Part shown: positions 61,779 through 64,000 of the stretch, piece by piece
Layout: each line of letters begins with the position of its first letter
How positions within the stretch are numbered: position 1 is the stretch's first letter
Origin: an uncultured Desulfosarcina sp.
GTDB taxonomy: Bacteria > Desulfobacterota > Desulfobacteria > Desulfobacterales > Desulfosarcinaceae
NCBI GenBank assembly: GCA_963674945.2
Contig: CAXXWQ010000003.1
Span: 256,001 to 320,000, forward strand
Direction: 5' to 3'
DNA length: 64,000 nucleotides
The notes under the pieces: model-generated
Database searches by the model: none
The model's input: only the letters and a program-made list of their open reading frames with translations
Told to the model about the DNA's origin: nothing
Program-made: the position numbers and the translations under genes

Positions 61779-62585
61779 ATGGCAAATGTAGGACACAGAA
61801 CAAAAGAGGCGGCCAGACATGTGGAGGCCGTGGTTAAGGCACTGGAGATATTAGATTGTCTTGCAGAAAAGGGACCTCTGTCGATCAAAGACATCATTCA
61901 GGAAACCGGTTTGACCCGAAGTCGCATCATGAGACTGATGGGGACACTGGAATCCAAGGAGTACATCATTGAAACGCACACAAACAAGGTGTTCAATCTG
62001 GGCGTTCGGGTTGCGATTTTGGGAAAGGCATTTGAAAGAAGCAATCATCTCGAAACGCTTGTCCGTCCTGCCCTGAAAGACCTCGTCGATGAGACGCAGG
62101 AATCGGCAACCTTTTACGTTACGAACGGGATTGAACGCATCGCCCTGATACGTGAGGAAGGCCTGCATGCCATCCGTTTTTCGGTCCATGAAGGGCAGCG
62201 AATCCCCCTGCACGCAGGGGCTGCCGGAAAAATCCTCATGGCTTTCGGGCCGCCGGATCTGTTTGATCATGTCACTAGAAATAGTCGTTTACAGCAAATC
62301 ACACCCAATACCATCACCAACATTGAAAAGCTGAAATCGCAACTGGATCGGATACGCGAAACCGGATATGCCCTGAGCAAGGGAGAAAATGTTATCGAAG
62401 CGTATAGTCTGGCCGCACCGGTATTCAGCGCGAAACGGGAACTTATCGGATCCATCGGAATATCGGGCCCTCTTTACCGGCTTGAAGACGGCAATATTGA
62501 TGAACGTATTGAATGTGTCGTTCGGTCGGCGGAACTGCTTTCCAACCGCTTCAGATTCAGGGAGCCCATGCTACAAGATGAGTAA
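61779..62585 (+). CDS. IclR family regulator
   Basis: VEAVVKALEIL, TQESA, PLHAGAAGK, SLAAPVF, IGISGP. Confidence 0.92.
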   Translation: MANVGHRTKEAARHVEAVVKALEILDCLAEKGPLSIKDIIQETGLTRSRIMRLMGTLESKEYIIETHTNKVFNLGVRVAILGKAFERSNHLETLVRPALKDLVDETQESATFYVTNGIERIALIREEGLHAIRFSVHEGQRIPLHAGAAGKILMAFGPPDLFDHVTRNSRLQQITPNTITNIEKLKSQLDRIRETGYALSKGENVIEAYSLAAPVFSAKRELIGSIGISGPLYRLEDGNIDERIECVVRSAELLSNRFRFREPMLQDE

Positions 62586-62702
62586 AATACGATGATTTGA
62601 TTATCTTTGTTTGGCAGGCGCCAATTTGACGGTTGCCGGAAACATGGTTCAAACGGCTGCAACGCCCATATATGCGCAGTTAACATCAGGAGGAAACAGA
62701 CA

Positions 62703-63562
62703 ATGGTAGATTTTTTTAAAATGACCGACACTTTTGGGTTTCAGCTTCCCCGGAAAATTCTATTCGGCAACCAGGCGGTCGAAAAGGTTGGCGTCGAGAT
62801 AAAAGCAGAATTTGGATCAGGAAAAATACTTCTCGTAACCGACAAAGGCATTGCCAATTCAGGATTGCTTGAGAAAGTAAAAGATCCTTTGGAAAAAGAA
62901 GGCTTTGAAGTCATCGTTTTCGACGCGGTGTTGCCTGACTCTCCCATAAAACTGGTCATGCAGGGGGCGGAAATCGCCCGCCAGGCCGGAGCAACCATCA
63001 TCCTTGCATTGGGAGGCGGCAGTTCCATCGATACGGCAAAGGCCATTTCCTTTATGGTCGACTACAGCGGTGACATCCGGGAGATTCTTGGCAGCAACCA
63101 AGTAAAGCGTGCCGGACTTCCGAAGGTTTTCATTCCGACAACGGCGGGTACGGGAAGTGAATTGAGCCATACGTTTGTTCTGTATGATGACGACAGCGGC
63201 CGAAAAATCACATCATACAGCCCATTTGCCTTCGCCGACATCTCCATTATCGATCCCACATTGACATTGAACCTTCCCCCCAGAATTACTGCTGAAAGCG
63301 GAATTGATGCATTTTCACACGCATTGGAGTCTTTTGTCACCATTAAAGCCAATCCGCTTTCCGATCTGTTTTCCTTACGGGGAATCGAGCTTATCGCAAA
63401 GAACCTCAGAAAAGCCTATGCAAAGGGACCTCATCATTTGGATGCCCGCTACGCCATGTGTCTTGGCGTTTGCATGGGTACCATGGCCATACGAAGCAGC
63501 GGCGTCGGGGCAGTGCATGCAACATGCTATCCCCTTGCAATGAAATATAAATTATCTCATGG
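62703..63562 (+). pseudogene. Iron-containing alcohol dehydrogenase, 3'-truncated
   Basis: LGGGSSIDTAK, PTTAGTGSE, DAFSHALE, GAVHA, LSHG; similarity ends abruptly after LSHG. Confidence 0.85.
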
Positions 63563-64000
63563 CTGGCCGGTCAGTGGCTTCCCTCTCACGACCCGTTTTT
63601 TGGCAAAGTCAAGCGCCTCATCCATCGCTGCCTGGGCAATGCCCAGACATGCGGCACACTGCTGGATTTTTTCGACAGCGATCCAGTATAACAAGATATC
63701 GATGCCCGATCCCGGATCACCAAGGACATTTTGCCTGCCAAGAACGATGTCATCAAGAAACACATCGACGGTCTCGATTCCGCCACTTCCCATGAGCCGG
63801 TGAAGTTCGCCTGTTGAATACCCCGTGCAGAATTTATCGATAATAAAGGCAGTGCATCGATCCTCCTCTTCCCAGGCATACACAATAGCAAAACCGGGTC
63901 TGCGTCCGAAGGTACTGAATCGTTTCGATCCGGTAACATGATACGATGCCCCCTCAATATGCGCCCTGGTCTGCAACATGGCGGGATCCGACCCAGTCAC
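63557..64000 (-). pseudogene. Acyl-CoA dehydrogenase, 3'-truncated (5' end outside the window)
   Basis: TGSD, GSKRFST, LGIAQAAMDEALDFAKKRVVRGKPL; stops before the conserved C-terminal helices. Confidence 0.85.

Noticed and set aside
63563..63803. C-terminal part of the 398-aa ADH ORF
   Set aside because: It is the antisense of the acyl-CoA dehydrogenase and has no ADH motifs.
1..64000. CRISPR arrays, tRNA or rRNA genes, prophage
   Set aside because: No regularly spaced repeats, cloverleaf or rRNA signatures, or phage structural genes were seen by eye; DUF5131 alone is not enough.

Overview
Bacterial window that resembles an anaerobic Desulfobacterales-type genome (inferred from gene content, not proven). 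Positions 1-33 kb are an accessory catabolic region, almost all on the minus strand. It holds two DUF1329 uptake genes (one broken by IS1380) and a ten-gene operon made of two paralogous five-gene modules. Each module is FAD oxidoreductase / CCG Fe-S protein / small carrier protein (GcvH-like lipoyl protein or SCP2) / URO-D-family methyltransferase / corrinoid protein. The second URO-D gene has an in-frame TGA followed by a SECIS-like hairpin, so it is a candidate selenoprotein. The region also has two tandem-domain Lrp regulators, four SDRs, an MDR, VOC proteins, an amidohydrolase, and a GT2 / radical SAM / small-protein insert. Positions 33-42 kb are a TonB receptor and c-di-GMP/two-component signalling genes. 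Positions 42-64 kb are mixed genes: LysE, SatP with a Cache protein, a secreted protein ending in an insect-defensin-like motif, thiolase, IorAB, FrhB-like, MaoC and IclR. This part also has a second IS1380 copy that looks identical to the first and several pseudogenes shortened by internal deletions. No rRNA, tRNA or CRISPR array was seen. All family assignments come from motif recognition by eye; no database searches were run.
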